Positions 1 to 13,600 of a DNA stretch of 64,000 nt are shown piece after piece. The notes beneath the pieces were generated by a model, which did not search any database, had not been told where the DNA came from, and saw nothing but the letters and a program-made list of their open reading frames with translations. The position numbers and the translations under genes are program-made. Location: NCBI GenBank assembly GCA_033442325.1, contig JAWQFM010000019.1:598087-662086 (forward strand), written 5' to 3'. Every line of letters begins with the position of its first letter. Position 1 is the stretch's first letter. Source of the stretch: Salpingoeca rosetta (lineage: Eukaryota > Protista > Choanoflagellata).

Positions 1-63
1 TCCAGGGAGTCAACCTGACAGTATGAACAAGAGCAGATTGCGTTGAGCATACATATGCTGGTT

Positions 64-1489
64 TCATTTCATCACGGTTCCCGTGTGCATTTCGTGCATC
101 GCCTGCTCAACGGGTGCCATCATCCCATCGCCCCAAAAGAACACCAGCACTCCCCCTCCCCTCTCATCATAACGGCAGCTGCGCACCTGGAACGCGTGGC
201 GGACGTTGAGGTTGTAGAGCGTCTTCAAGATGGCGCCAAGAACAGGATATGTGTCGTCGTCGCGGACTGGCAGAATGCCGGCGCTGCTGTCGCTGAATGT
301 CAACTCCATCCCTGCACGACAACAAGCCATCGAAGTGAGAAAGGCACGTAGGAAGCGTCCTGATACAACCCATTCACAAACATACACACACGCACACGTA
401 CGTACGTGTGCCGCACATGTTCAAAGCGCGCACACACACACACAACAAAACACACAACATGTCTTGCGGTGTTACCGTTTCGCTCTGGCTTCTCCTGGAA
501 ACCGCGCAGTTTGGTGGCATCAAATTCCTTCTGCACAGTAATCTTCTTTCCAGCAACAACATCCAACACTAAACCGAATCACACATCATGGTCACACGTG
601 AGCACACGTGCGGTTCTTGAGTGGATCACGCGGTCAACTGTCGTCAAGCCAAGTACCCAGCGTCACAGCGCACACGCGTGCACACACACGCATACACCTC
701 TTCACAAACATACAAAATACACAAACATGCACAAACAAACAAACAAACAAGTTACAAACGTCCCCCCCCCCCCCTGACCGAGGATGCGCGTGGAGAGGGC
801 GAGGATGACGCAGAGGTGGTGCTCCCCGCGCTTCGTGTCCTGCTTGAGAATCTCCGACACGTGCGCAACGTACGGGATGTCGCCGTAGTTGTCGCGCAGC
901 ACGGGCGTGCGCTGGATAAAGCCGACGCCTTGTGATTTGAGGGGCGAATAAGGCACCACGGTGCCCTTTGCGTGGATGTGGCGCGGAAGACGCGCGCGCT
1001 CAACGCCTTGCTGGCCTGAGATGGACGTCTCAATGCCACGAAGCGTGCACGACACGAGATCCACAGCACCGCTGGCTGGCTTCACAAAGAGACCCAGCAT
1101 GCCCTTGCCAAAGCCGAGAAGCCCTTTGCCAACACCGCCCTCCTTGCCTTCGCGGACGGGCGTGGTGACGACACCAGACACGCCGGACCTGAGGCCGCGT
1201 GCAAACATGCGCGCGCCGGAGAGGAAGCCACGGCGCGCGCCCGTGGGCTGTGCACGAAGCGTACGCTCTCGCTCCTCCTGGAACTTCTTGTCAAAGGTGA
1301 CCTTTGCCAGGCCACGCCCGGTTGCACCCACCATCTTCGCGCCCATGCCGACACCGCCGCCAACAACACCCGTGCCCAGGTCCTTGACGCCTTTCGTCAC
1401 CTGGTGTTGTCGTTTGGGAAAAGGGACGAATGAGTGGGTGGTTCAAGTACGCGACGCGCACATGCAATCGACGCGGATACAGCACCACG

Positions 1490-1520
<31 letters not shown>

Positions 1521-2994
1521 CCACCCACACACACACCCACACACCCACACACCCACACACCCACACACACACCCACACCCACACCCACACCCACACCCAC
1601 ACCCAACCAAACAAAGATAGAAAGGACTCACAGCAGCGCCAAACTCCTCGGGCCCTGCGAGGACGCTGGAGACGGGATTGAAGAAGAGACTCTTGAAGCC
1701 GCCAGCAACATCGCGCACAACCTGGAGGGGATCACCCAGCATGTCCAGCGAGAGAATGGTGGACACTGCAGCCGTTGGGGTGGTGGTGGGTGCGAGTGAG
1801 TTCGTGCCTGGGCACTTGCAAGCATTCAGGGTGATGCCGCAAGTTGAACCACACACACACACATATCCCCCCCCCCCCACAAACACACAAACACAAACAC
1901 ATGTTCATACATTCACGCAGCCATGAGGTGCGGGCACTCACCGAGACCGATGGAGACGAGCCAGCGGAAGACGTTGTGTTCATATGATTCACCAAGACGA
2001 ATCAGCAGCGCAGTCAGCGAGATGAGCGTGTCCTTCAACTCGAACGAATCTGTGTCGTAAGGATGGCATGTTGAACAAATGTGAGCAGGATGGGGCAGAA
2101 GGAGGTGCGAGCAATGTGATTCAACATGCAAGGCAAAAGACCATGAGCAGAGGGTACAAGCACACACGCACGCACAAACGAAAACAAGCACAAGCACAAG
2201 CACAAGCAGCCACAACCACGCATACAATCACGAACACGCCACACGCTCCCTCAATGACTGCGACGCACTAAGGTTGAACGGGGCACTGTTCACAGCGGGG
2301 ATGGTGATGCCAATGGTCTGGAAGACGGCTGGCAGGTCCTGCGTTGCCGCGTCCGCATTGGTCAGTGTCACACGCACATCGACGGGGCTGATGAAGATGT
2401 GTTTGCAGAACAGCGGCACGGGGCTGGCGGGCGGTGGGTCGTCCGTCAGCTCACCCTCAGGCAGCAGTTCAAGCACAGAGAGGAAGCGTAGCAGCTGCGC
2501 CAGGAACTCGCCGTCAACCTGACATGGCGGGAACAGGGGGTGGGGAGTGTGGAATGGTTTTAAGGGGAAAAGGGTAATGGTGTGGTGGTTCGAGGATGCG
2601 GGTTGCCTTGTGGGACGACAAGGTACACACGCACACGCATGGATACGTAGGTATGTATCCATGGACACAAATTCACAACCAAAGTGCACAAGTACAACCA
2701 AACGTGCACCTAAACTGCACACGCACACACGCACGCACAAAACACAAACGCACAAACATACCTTGAGTTCAAGCGGCAGGAGTTTGGCGCCAAAGTACTC
2801 GATGCTGTCGGCGGCGCGTCCGCTCACATCGCCGAGTTTCTGCACAAAGGAGAGCTCAAATACGTGCATGCGGTTTTCCTCCTCCTTCTGCTCCAGCTGT
2901 CAGAGGCGGAGAGAGCGAGAGCGAGAAGGACATTCATGCAAAGTCAGTCAGTCGAGTGCTCAGGTTCGAACACACTTGTAGACACGCGCACACA

Positions 2995-3025
<31 letters not shown>

Positions 3026-3504
3026 AAAAAAAAAAAACTCACGCGCGCAACAACCACGTAACAAATTCGCATACCTGTGTGCGGCTGTACATGACGACGG
3101 GGTAGAGGGCGTCGTGCTGCTGGAAATCAAGCTGCAGCTTCTGCACAGCTGCCGCCAGTTTCAAACGCTGTGTCGTCTGCGTGAACGACGCGCTGATGTT
3201 GTCGAGCGTAAAGAGCGCAAACTCGGAGGGCCGCTGCTTGGTGCTGTCAATCAGGGAGACGGACAGGCCACCCTCCAACAGCACATTCACGTTCAGCAGC
3301 AATTCCTCGCTCTCCGCATCCGCAGAGAGGCCATACAGCGAACGCAGATGCTTCACGTCATTGGCTGCCGTTGGTTACGTGCGTGTGTGTGTGTGTGCGA
3401 ATGTGTGTGAGCGCATAAGCTTGAGTGTGTGCGAACGCTTGTTTGTGAATGTGTGAAGGGAAGAAGCTGCTCAAACTCTCACCCGAACATTCTCACGCAA
3501 GAAG

Positions 3505-3546
<42 letters not shown>

Positions 3547-4428
3547 CACCAATAACGTAGTGAAGCACGCCGGTTGTCTTGTCTGGAATGACATTGACAA
3601 CAGCAAGCACGTCATCATCGGGTGACTCCTTTGTTCCTTTCTTCTTCTTGTTGCGAAGTTTCATCACGCCCTCCGGCGCAAAGGGAACAGAGACCCAGTC
3701 GCACTCCTCTGTATTCGACGTCGTGTACACCTACAGATGGTTGTGTGTTTGTGTGTGTTTGTGTGTGTGTGTGTGCACGTGTGTGTATTGCGTGTGCGTG
3801 AATGCGTGTGCGCATCACCAATCTTCAGACGCAGGACATCGCACAGAAGAGAACAAGGCCATCACAGCCCGGGTTTCTCAGCGACCTTGAGTTGCAGTTC
3901 GCGTTTGGCGGCGGGGTTTGGATCCTCAAGCGCGTAGTTCATACCGAACGACGGGTTGAGCAGGTACTGGATTTGAATGCGGCAGATGGGGTGGGCAGCG
4001 CGCAGGCGCACACAAAGAGTTGAAGTTGAGCAGATAGCGATATGTAGAGGCAGATCAAACCACAGCTTGTGCATGTGTGCGTGTGCATGTGTGCGCGTGT
4101 GTATGTGTGTGTGTGTGTGCGTGCGTGTGCGTGTCGGAAAACGAGTCATACAGACAAACAGCTACACATGTGCGCGCACGCGCATCACACCTCTGGAGCC
4201 CAGGTGACTTCGGACTGCTTGAATGCAATCTTGCGGTTGGTGTGGTTCTCGATGCGCATGGGCGGGGTTGAGGAGACGGGGCGGAACGTGACAACAAACC
4301 GACCCGCCTTCTTGAAACAGTCTGCCTCAACAGCCGTCAACTCGTCTTCCTGTGGGTGGTGGTGGTAGTGGTGGTGGTGGTGGTCACAGCAGCGAAACCA
4401 TCGTGAACTCAGCGATATTCAGCACACG

Positions 4429-4483
<55 letters not shown>

Positions 4484-7400
4484 GTAACGAGGGACTCACG
4501 TCATTGTGGATTTTGAGGGTGTGCACGACGCGCACATCAACACCGAGTTCCGTGGGCGCAAAGGCGCCACTCCAGCCTGAACGAAAAACAGCAGCGTGTG
4601 TGTGTGGGGGGGGAGGTGAGCTGCCCTACAGATGCGGAGACGTTGACGCTCAACAGCAGAAACACACGCCACATGCACAGAGACACAGACACAGACACAG
4701 ACACACAGACACAGACAAAGACACACAGACAAAGACACACACAAAAACACACACACACACACACACACACACGAGCACACACCTGTAACGCTGCTGAGCG
4801 CGAGTTTCCAGAGGGTTTTGTTCGGAACGTCGGCGTCGTGCCAGGTGAGGCCGGGCGGGATGGTGCGCGTGCGCTGGTCAACGGGGTCATCGGTCGCCTG
4901 CTTCACACGCGTGAGGTGGACAGGCTCGCTCGTGTCGTTCTTAAACGTGAGAATCGGGTCCACAAAGAGGCGCCTGGAGAGCAGGTCCTCATCGGCAAAC
5001 TCCCAGTGGATCATGAGAATCTTGGGGGCGCGCCCGCGCTCCTGCACCTCACCCTTGTCGTCGACGTACAGACACTTGATGAGCGTGTTGCCGGCCACCA
5101 GCTTGGTCACGTCAAAGGGGCGCGAGCGGAAGCCGTCAAACGACACCACCGTCTCGTCCAGCCGCGTGAGGGGCGAGTACAGCCACACGGTGTGCGTGTC
5201 CCCTTCCCCGCTGGACAGCTTGCGCTTGTCGTAATCGCTCTTTGGCTGTGGGCGGCGCGGGATGTACGGCTCCCCAGATGTCGTGCGCGGGCGAACGCTC
5301 AGCTGCAAATCCGTGTTGTTGACAATCTGGAAGGGGCAATACAGGATGGCTGTTTCTGGGCCGTACTCGGCCGGTTCGCGGCGCAGCGTGAGGAAGAGCT
5401 TCAGCATGGTCAGCGCCTGGCTCAACTCCTCTGGCGGCACCCACGTGGTGGTGTACGGCTTCTTCTTTGGGCGGTCAAGGTCAATCATGCACGGCTTGCT
5501 CCAGTACCCCTCGGTGAACTTGGGCGGCGTGTCGCGCACGAGGGTCTCGTGTGTCGGCAGGTTGTCCATGCTGTTGACAATCGCCATTCGCACCGTCAGC
5601 GCCCGCTTGTGCACGAGCGACGTGAACCCTGAAGAAGAACAACAAAAAGAAGAAGAAGAAGGTGGCGTGGGCGAGGGGACAGGAAAAGTTCAGAAGAAGG
5701 GAGTGTCAGTGTGTGAGGGAACAGATAACACAAAGACCGACAACCGCAAGAAGAAGAAGAAGAAGATGATGATGATGAAGAAGAAGAAGAAGAACAAGAA
5801 CAAGAACAAGAAGAAGAACAAGAAGAAGAAGAAGAACAAGAAGAACAAGAACAAGAACAAGAACAAGAACAAGAACAAGAACAACAAGAAGAAGAAGAAC
5901 AACAAGAAGAAGAAGAAGAAGAACAAGAAGAAGAACAAGAAGAACAAGAACAAGATGAAGAAGAACAAGAAGAAGAACAAGAAGAAGAACAAGAACAAGA
6001 ACAAGAACAAGAAGAAGAAGAAGAAGAAGAAGAACAAGAAGAAGAAGAAGAACAAGAACAAGAACAAGAACAAGAAGAAGAAGAAGAACAAGAACAAGAA
6101 CAAGAACAAGAAGAAGAACAAGAAGAAGAAGAAGAACAAGAAGAAGAAGAAGAACAAGAACAAGAACAAGAAGAAGAAGAAGAACAAGAAGAAGAAGAAG
6201 AAGAAGAAGAACAAGAACAAGAAGAAGAAGAACAAGAAGAAGAACAAGAAGAAGAAGAAGAACAAGAACAAGAAGAAGAACAAGAAGAAGAAGAAGAAGA
6301 ACAAGAAGAAGAAGAAGAACAAGAAGAAGAAGAAGAACAACAAGAAGAAGAAGAACAACAAGAAGAAGAAGAAGAAGAACAAGAAGAAGAAGAACAAGAA
6401 CAAGAACAAGAAGAAGAAGAACAAGAAGAAGAAGAAGAACAAGAAGAACAAGAACAAGAAGAACAAGAAGAAGAAGAAGAACAAGAAGAAGAAGCGGGCA
6501 AACGCAGGAGACCTCAAGTGCTGCTAACAGCAGGTCCAACAAAATACAGAACTGAGCACACAGAGCAACGGACAAGCAAGATGGGGTTTGTCCAAAGCAA
6601 ACCACGCAACCAACGTACCACACTTGCCACCGGGCGGAACTGCCACGTATGAATACGGCAGCGCTTCTTCGTTGGCGCAGAGGCCAAACACCACGCACAC
6701 AGGCAGGCTGTTCTTGAAGGACAGCGGCTCAACAATCCGGAAGGAGGACTGCATCTCGCGGCCGGTTGGGCAAAGGGAGCAGACAAAGGGGCGCTGCTCG
6801 TCCTTGCAGACGAGATCGCGCTTTGCCGGGTCACGCGACAGGCGACAGTCCTCCACCATCTCACTCCACGGGTGGCCCTCCTTGAGGCGCACGCGGACCT
6901 GGCCAGGGTCCTTCACCAGCAGACACATGGGCGCGGCAAGCTTGTCGTCCGCCTCCTTCACACCAGGCACCTTGTAGGCAACCTTCTTCGACCTGCTCCG
7001 TGCGCAATCGATTGGAGGGGCGAGGAGAAATGGTTGGTGGTTGGTGGTTGTGGTTGGTGGTTGGTGATTGTGAGGGGGAACAAGTCGTGGTTCGTTTTCA
7101 AGTGAGCAAGCGTGTGAAATAAAGGTGGGTGTGAGTAAGGCGGTTGTGAAAGAACAGTACGAAGCGCAGGCGTACACGCAACCGACATAGGCAGTCGGAT
7201 ATGAAGGCATCACTGCAGTGTGCAAGTTGACAATGCTCCACAACAAGTGAGAACACAATAACAGCCAGACACAATCTACAAAGCCACCATCAGCACACGC
7301 ACTTGAGGGCCGCCGCAGCCTCCTCCGTGCTGTTGGTGAGCAGAATGTCCTTGAACTTTGGATTGTACAGGCGATGCAGCGGGCGCAACTCCACGCGCTC

Positions 7401-10400
7401 TGTTGCTGTTGTTGCTGCTGGAGATGTTTGCGGCGGGTACACGTATCCAGCCAGCCGCAGCCCTTTGGTTTGGAGCTCTGTTGTGCTCATCTCCTCCTTC
7501 AGCGGCTTCTGACCAGGCAGCACCTGTCATGGCGCATGTGCGTGCGTGTGCATATGTGTGCATGCATGCATGCGTGTGTGTGTGTGTTTGTTTGTGTGTG
7601 CGCATGCATGCGTGAGATTGATGAAAAAAAGTTGGGTTGTGCGAGCACCTACATGCTCACGCAGTCACTTGAACCCTCGCAAATACACATACTCGCACAA
7701 TTTCCACCACTCGCAGCAGTCAGCAAAATCTCACCAGCCCTGGTTGGTTGACAAAGCCGTCGTATTCGTGTTCTGTCGGGGAGAGGCGGGTGAGCCAGAG
7801 CGGCACCGTGTTCTCAAGCTGGTGGCGGTACACAAACCCAAGCGTGCAGACTTGCTGCGCATGCAAGTTGCACGAGATGGCCTGCAAGGGGTCGGTCGTG
7901 TACATGTGCTTGTTTGCGGCTGGATCGAAGAAGCGAAGCAGCGGCACAAGCATGTCGTCGGTGGACACGGTGTCCAGTAAACCAAGCGGTGGCGAGTACT
8001 GTTGCTCCGGCACGAGCGAAATGGACAGCTCCTCCGTGTGCGAAAATCCCGGCACGCACACGTCCACAGGGTGCTTGAGCCCGTTCTCCAAGTGCAGCGG
8101 GGAGCGCATAATCACCTCGCGCACGCCATCCTGCACGCGCACGTGTACGACCAAGCGGACGCACCGTCCGGACCCGCTCGACGTTGTCAGCTCGCACGTG
8201 GTCTCGCCAACCTCCGAGATGGCCAGGCCTTGCAGAGGCTGGAACCCGTCGACTTCCAGGCCAATGGCATGCTCGCCGTCACCGGACAGCCGCAGCAGCT
8301 CCAGTGCATACAGCTCTCGCGCCTTCTGCTTCCCTGCTTTGGAGATGCGCTTGTGCGTGGGGCCTCCATCGCGGCTGCTGCTTTGCTCGTCCTCATTGTC
8401 ATCATCAGCACCTTGCCCACGGCCATTGCTGCTGTCTTCCTCGCCAGCATCATCATCATCATCATCATCATCATCACCACCACCATCATCATCATCGGCA
8501 TTCCTGTCACGAGCACGAGATGATGACACGGTGCCACCACGAGCACCAGCATCGGGGGTCGATGCTGCTGGTGCAGTGTTGATGTGCTGGCTGCTGCCGC
8601 GCGGTGTTTGTGGCGTGAGAATCTCAATGGCTGCTGGGTTCACGTCCGCAACCCGGTAACACATGTAACACGCGCGCGTCATGGACAGGTTCTTGTTCAG
8701 GTCTGGGAAGAGCACGATGAAGCCGTTGGGGGCGTTGTTGGTGTAGAAGAAGCGAATCTCCACCACGGGTGGCGCGCCTGGCTCTCGTCGGAAGTGCAGA
8801 TACAGTGCGGCACCCTTGTTGCCCAAGTTCAGGTTCACTCCGGTCGTCTCCCACCCTTCATCTTCAGGCTCGCGCGTGTACCCTGTGTATGTGTGTATGT
8901 GTATGTGGGTGTATGTATGTGTGTGAATGAGAACGAATGGTGCATGTGAAGGAGAACACGAGAAGACAAAGAGGAGGTTCTCTCGCTCGCTCTCACACAT
9001 TTTACTATCACTTATTCGCACCCACCCACACATGCACGCACACACGTGTAAACACCCACACACACCCACACACCCACACACCCACACGTGTACACACACA
9101 TACACACACACACACACACAAACACACATACACACACACACGTGTACACACACACACACACGAACACAAACACAAACACACATACACACACACACACACA
9201 CATACGCACCAATCTTGAGGGCGGTGATGGGTTCGAAGCGCGTGTCGGTGGTGCGCAGGAGGAAGATGTTGTCACCACCGGATTTCTCGTTGAGGTTGAA
9301 TGGCTTGCCGTCATACATGGCATCCCAGTACCTGTGCAGAGCAACACAACGAGAAAAAGCAATACAAGAGTCAGGAGCACGTGCAAGGGCATGTGCAGAG
9401 ATTGAAACAGGGTGGTAGTGACGGAACAACGCCGTTTCCAACACACACGCAAACAAACACACACGCACGCACGCAAACAAACACACACGCACACGCACAC
9501 GCATCTCCTTCTCCCTTGTCCTTCCTACCCCCGCCACACGTACACACTACCCCAAAACAGAAACCGTACACAGGGTTGCTGGCGTCATCATCTGGCGGCC
9601 CCTGCGGCGCGAGGCGTGCGCCCTTGCGAATGATGGACACGAAGAGGTTGGTGATTGGCTTCTCGCCAGTGACCGTCTTGGGCTCGACAGCAGTCCAGCG
9701 ACACGGCGCCCGCTTGATGCACAGCATGGGGTTTTCCTTCTTCTTCTGGCCCGCGCTCAGGTTCTTGCGAATCACGTAGAAGCCAGAGGGGATGGACTCG
9801 TGCTTGGTGCCGTTGTGATAGATGACCGTCATGTCGATGATGGGGGCGCCGTTGCCGCGGAACACGCTCATGAACACGTCCCGCGCACCCGACGCGCCCG
9901 TGTTGAGGTTGGTGGGGATCATGTCGTAGCCGGCAGGGATGGGCTCGTGCACGCCAATCTTGGGCGTGATGCACCCCTTTGTGCCAATGAACGACACCTG
10001 CACATCGGTGATGGGCTGCTGGTCCTGGTTGGAACCGTAGCACAGGTACAGCTTGTGCCCGCTGCCTCCCTCGTTGAGGTTCTTCTCAATCATGCGGTAG
10101 CCAGGCGGTGGGCGCTCGCCCTTGTTTGCGTCGATGATGACAATGTCGGTGATGGCGGAGGTGTGCTGCTGCTGGCCCTTGGCCATGTACCCCATAAACT
10201 GCTGGCGGGCAGAGCCTGTGGACGCGCCTGTGCCCCTGGACTGCCCGTGCATGTCCGACAGCACCTCGCGCTCTGGCGTGAACACCATCAGCTCGCCCGG
10301 CGGCACCACGTGCTTGCGCGCCACGTCTGCGCTGAAGCGCCCAGATGGGGTGAAGGCAAGCGTGCGGTCTGTCAGGTTGATCAGCTTGTGCGTGCCGACG

Positions 10401-10627
10401 CGCCCGCCATGGGCGCCCTTTGTGCTCTTGCCCGTGACGCTGGTGATGCGCATCCACTTTGTGAGGATGTCGGTGACGTGCTGCACGCCCGTGGATGTGA
10501 CAGTCAAATCCAAGCGGTCCTCGGTCTGCAGGTTGATGTTCAACCCGCCCTCTGCTCCCTGGAAGCCAACATACGACACACCAGCACCTGTTGATCAAGA
10601 CGTGTGTGTGCGTGCGTGCGTGCGTGC

Positions 10628-10671
<44 letters not shown>

Positions 10672-13600
10672 TGTAGGGTGTGGGCGGTGAGGGTTATGGT
10701 AACTTAGGAAAATGAGAGATGAATGATAAGGCGATCGGTGTAGCCAGACCTAAAGAGGCACGCCGAAACCGTGTGCACCATACATTTACACAACTACAAC
10801 ACAAACACAAGCACACAAACGCACATCTACGTACACACGCACACACGCACACACGCACACACACACTTACATACAACACAAACACAACACAAACACAACA
10901 CAAGTATACACACACAAACACAGTCACACCTTCTTTGCCGTAGCGGGAGAGAATCTCCCAGCGCCAGTAGCGGCCGGATGCGTTGAACTTTGGTGTCTGC
11001 ACAGGCGCAACCGTGTGTGTCTGCTGGGCGGCAGAGAGGCGACACGCCTCAACCCAGGGGCCGTTCCTGCTGTCAGACGCAAACAGGCGAGAGTCCTTTG
11101 GCTGCAGGTGCGGCTGCCGCACGGGCTGGTACAGGAAGCGCTCAAGCTTGATGCAGCGGCCCATGTCAAAGACAACCACGTGCTTCTTGCGCGGTGCACA
11201 GCGCCAGAACGTGTCCACTGTTGGTGTCAGCAGGTTCCTTGCATCTCCGCCTGTTGCGGGCGCGAGCAGAAAGCCCCAGAAGGAAGTGGTGGGAGGATGT
11301 GTGTGAGTGCAGAGAGGAAACAAGCTGGCTGGCGTTGCAAGGAACAATCGAAACCTGGAAAGGAGGGGGGCGGGATGCAAGACATTGACGCTGAAAATAC
11401 AACGCATTTCACATTCACAAAAGTACACGACGGCGTACCCGTTGGGCCGTGGCTGCGCTTGGTCGAACGAGAAGCACTTTGCTTCTCAATGCTCACGTCC
11501 GAGAGATCAATCTTACCAGAGTCGCCTCGCTCAACCCTGTCGTAAACAAACAGCAAATGTAAGCGCACGCAAATCGTCAGATAGTGGCGCCGGTGCAGAT
11601 TGTGGACATGCTGCTGCGCAGATATCGCCACGCACACACATATACACGCACGTACACGCACACATGCACACGCACACATATACATGTGCACACGCACGTA
11701 CACGCACACATATACATGCACACATGCGCGCACACACACACACACACACACCACCACCACCACCACCACTGACTTGAGGGAGAGGGTGTAGCCTCCAATG
11801 ACTTCGTCGTCACGCGTTTCACGAAGAAGGATGGGCTCCCAGGACGAATGGTGTGGATCCACAGCAGCAATTGCAATTTGCACGTGCGCATCCGCCACAA
11901 TGGCGCGTGACCAGTTGGTCACGGTTCCACTGAGCGACGTCGACACACACAGCAGCGGCGCGCGCAGGCCGCCCTTGGTGTTGATGAGGAGAAGGTTCAC
12001 GCACGGCACGTTTGCCGTCAGCACCTCTTCCGTGACACGCCCGGCCGTCGCCACGCTCACGTCAAGGGACGCCGCCTCCTTTGGCGGCACGTGGCACTGC
12101 GGGGAGAGGCGGAACGGAAGCTGGGTCCACTTGCCCGAATTCGTGGTGCTGGTAAGGCGCTCGTACTCCTCCACCAGCGACGTCGCAAACCGCGTCGCAC
12201 TGCGCACGTCCGCATACGCGAGGTTGATGTTGATGGGGTCGACGTCGAGCGAGATGGCTGTCTTGCCGCCCTGCTGTCGGAAGACGGAGCTCACACAGCA
12301 GGGCGCCACGCAGTCCAGCCGCGTGCTCTGGTCATTTCCTTCCCGCGACACAATCAGGAAATCGCTCACTTGCGCATCCACAAACACGACCTCCTCCGTG
12401 AACATGGCGTGTGCCTGCAGCACAAAGTCAAGGTTGAACTGGCGTGCCCGACGAGCAATGCTCTCCAGCACCACCACAGTTGGATGTTCAATAGTTGCAT
12501 CGACACGGAAGCACTCCACGGGCTGTGGCAGAGGGCGCGGCTCCGCGCCTTCCTGCAGCACGTCCTTGACATACGCCGGGTTGCGTGTGGGGTCGGCGCT
12601 CGCCACAGGCGCAGCGGCAGCAGCGGGGGAGGATGTTGCAGTGCTGGACGTGGTGACTGCTGCTGAGGATGGCTCAAGCTCCAATTGCTGCTGTTGCTGC
12701 TGTTGATCGCGCAACTGCTGTGAGGCTGACGCAGGCCCGCGGCCACTGGTGGTGCTGGTGCTGGTGCTGCTGCTTGAGATGATGAAGAAGCGAAGCAGGC
12801 TCTGACACAGCTCTGGCGATACGTACAGCACAAAGCCGCGGAAGACGCCCTGTGCATCGGAGTCGAGCGATGGTCCCAAGTCCACCTTCTTCACGCCCGG
12901 GAGTTTGAGCGAGCGCACGCGCTTGATGGCGGCTGCGGCCTCGCGGTAATTGTGCATCCAGCCAATCACCACGCGCACCCCTTCGGGCGCGTTCTGCTGC
13001 ACAAACAGCGAGCGAATCTTGCCCGTCTCCTGCAGCGGCGCCCGCAGCCTGTCCACGTCCAGTGTCTCGTCACCAACAACGCGAATGGTCTGGCGCCGGA
13101 AGAACAGCGAGCCCTCCAGCAGCGCGCGTGACATCCCTGGCGGCGTTGTGAGAAACGTGTAACCGTCGTCGTCAGCCCTGCCTTTGCGCGGCAGCGTGTC
13201 GCGGGCTGAGAGAGCAGCAATGGTGACGGACGCAGCAAGCTCGTTCGTTCCCGTTGCGTTCATGGTCACGCGTGCACGCAGGTCCTGCACTGCCAAGTGG
13301 GTCAGCTGGTATTTCTTGTCGCGGCAGTTGTCCACACTCACGCCGTCATCAAGGTACAGCGACGCGCTGATCTCTTGCAAGTGCACGGCCATGAACATGG
13401 CTGCGGCGTGAGGCGCATCAAGCCGCTCCACATCGACTTCCGGTACCGTCACGCTATCAGCTGCAGTCCCAGCACCCACGTCATCACCGCCATTGCCATC
13501 GCCACTCCCGCCCGTCAGCTCGCCACCATCATCGTCGCCGCCACCATCGCCAGCAGCGGCGGCCGTGCTGGACGGTTGCATGAGGGGTGACGCCATGATA

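Noticed and set aside
64-387. Separate small gene at the window start
   Set aside because: It splices in phase as the last exon of VPS13.
5262-6698. Poly-K/N (421 aa), poly-S/C, poly-F/L and poly-L/V ORFs
   Set aside because: All are frames of the AAG/AAC array inside a VPS13 intron.
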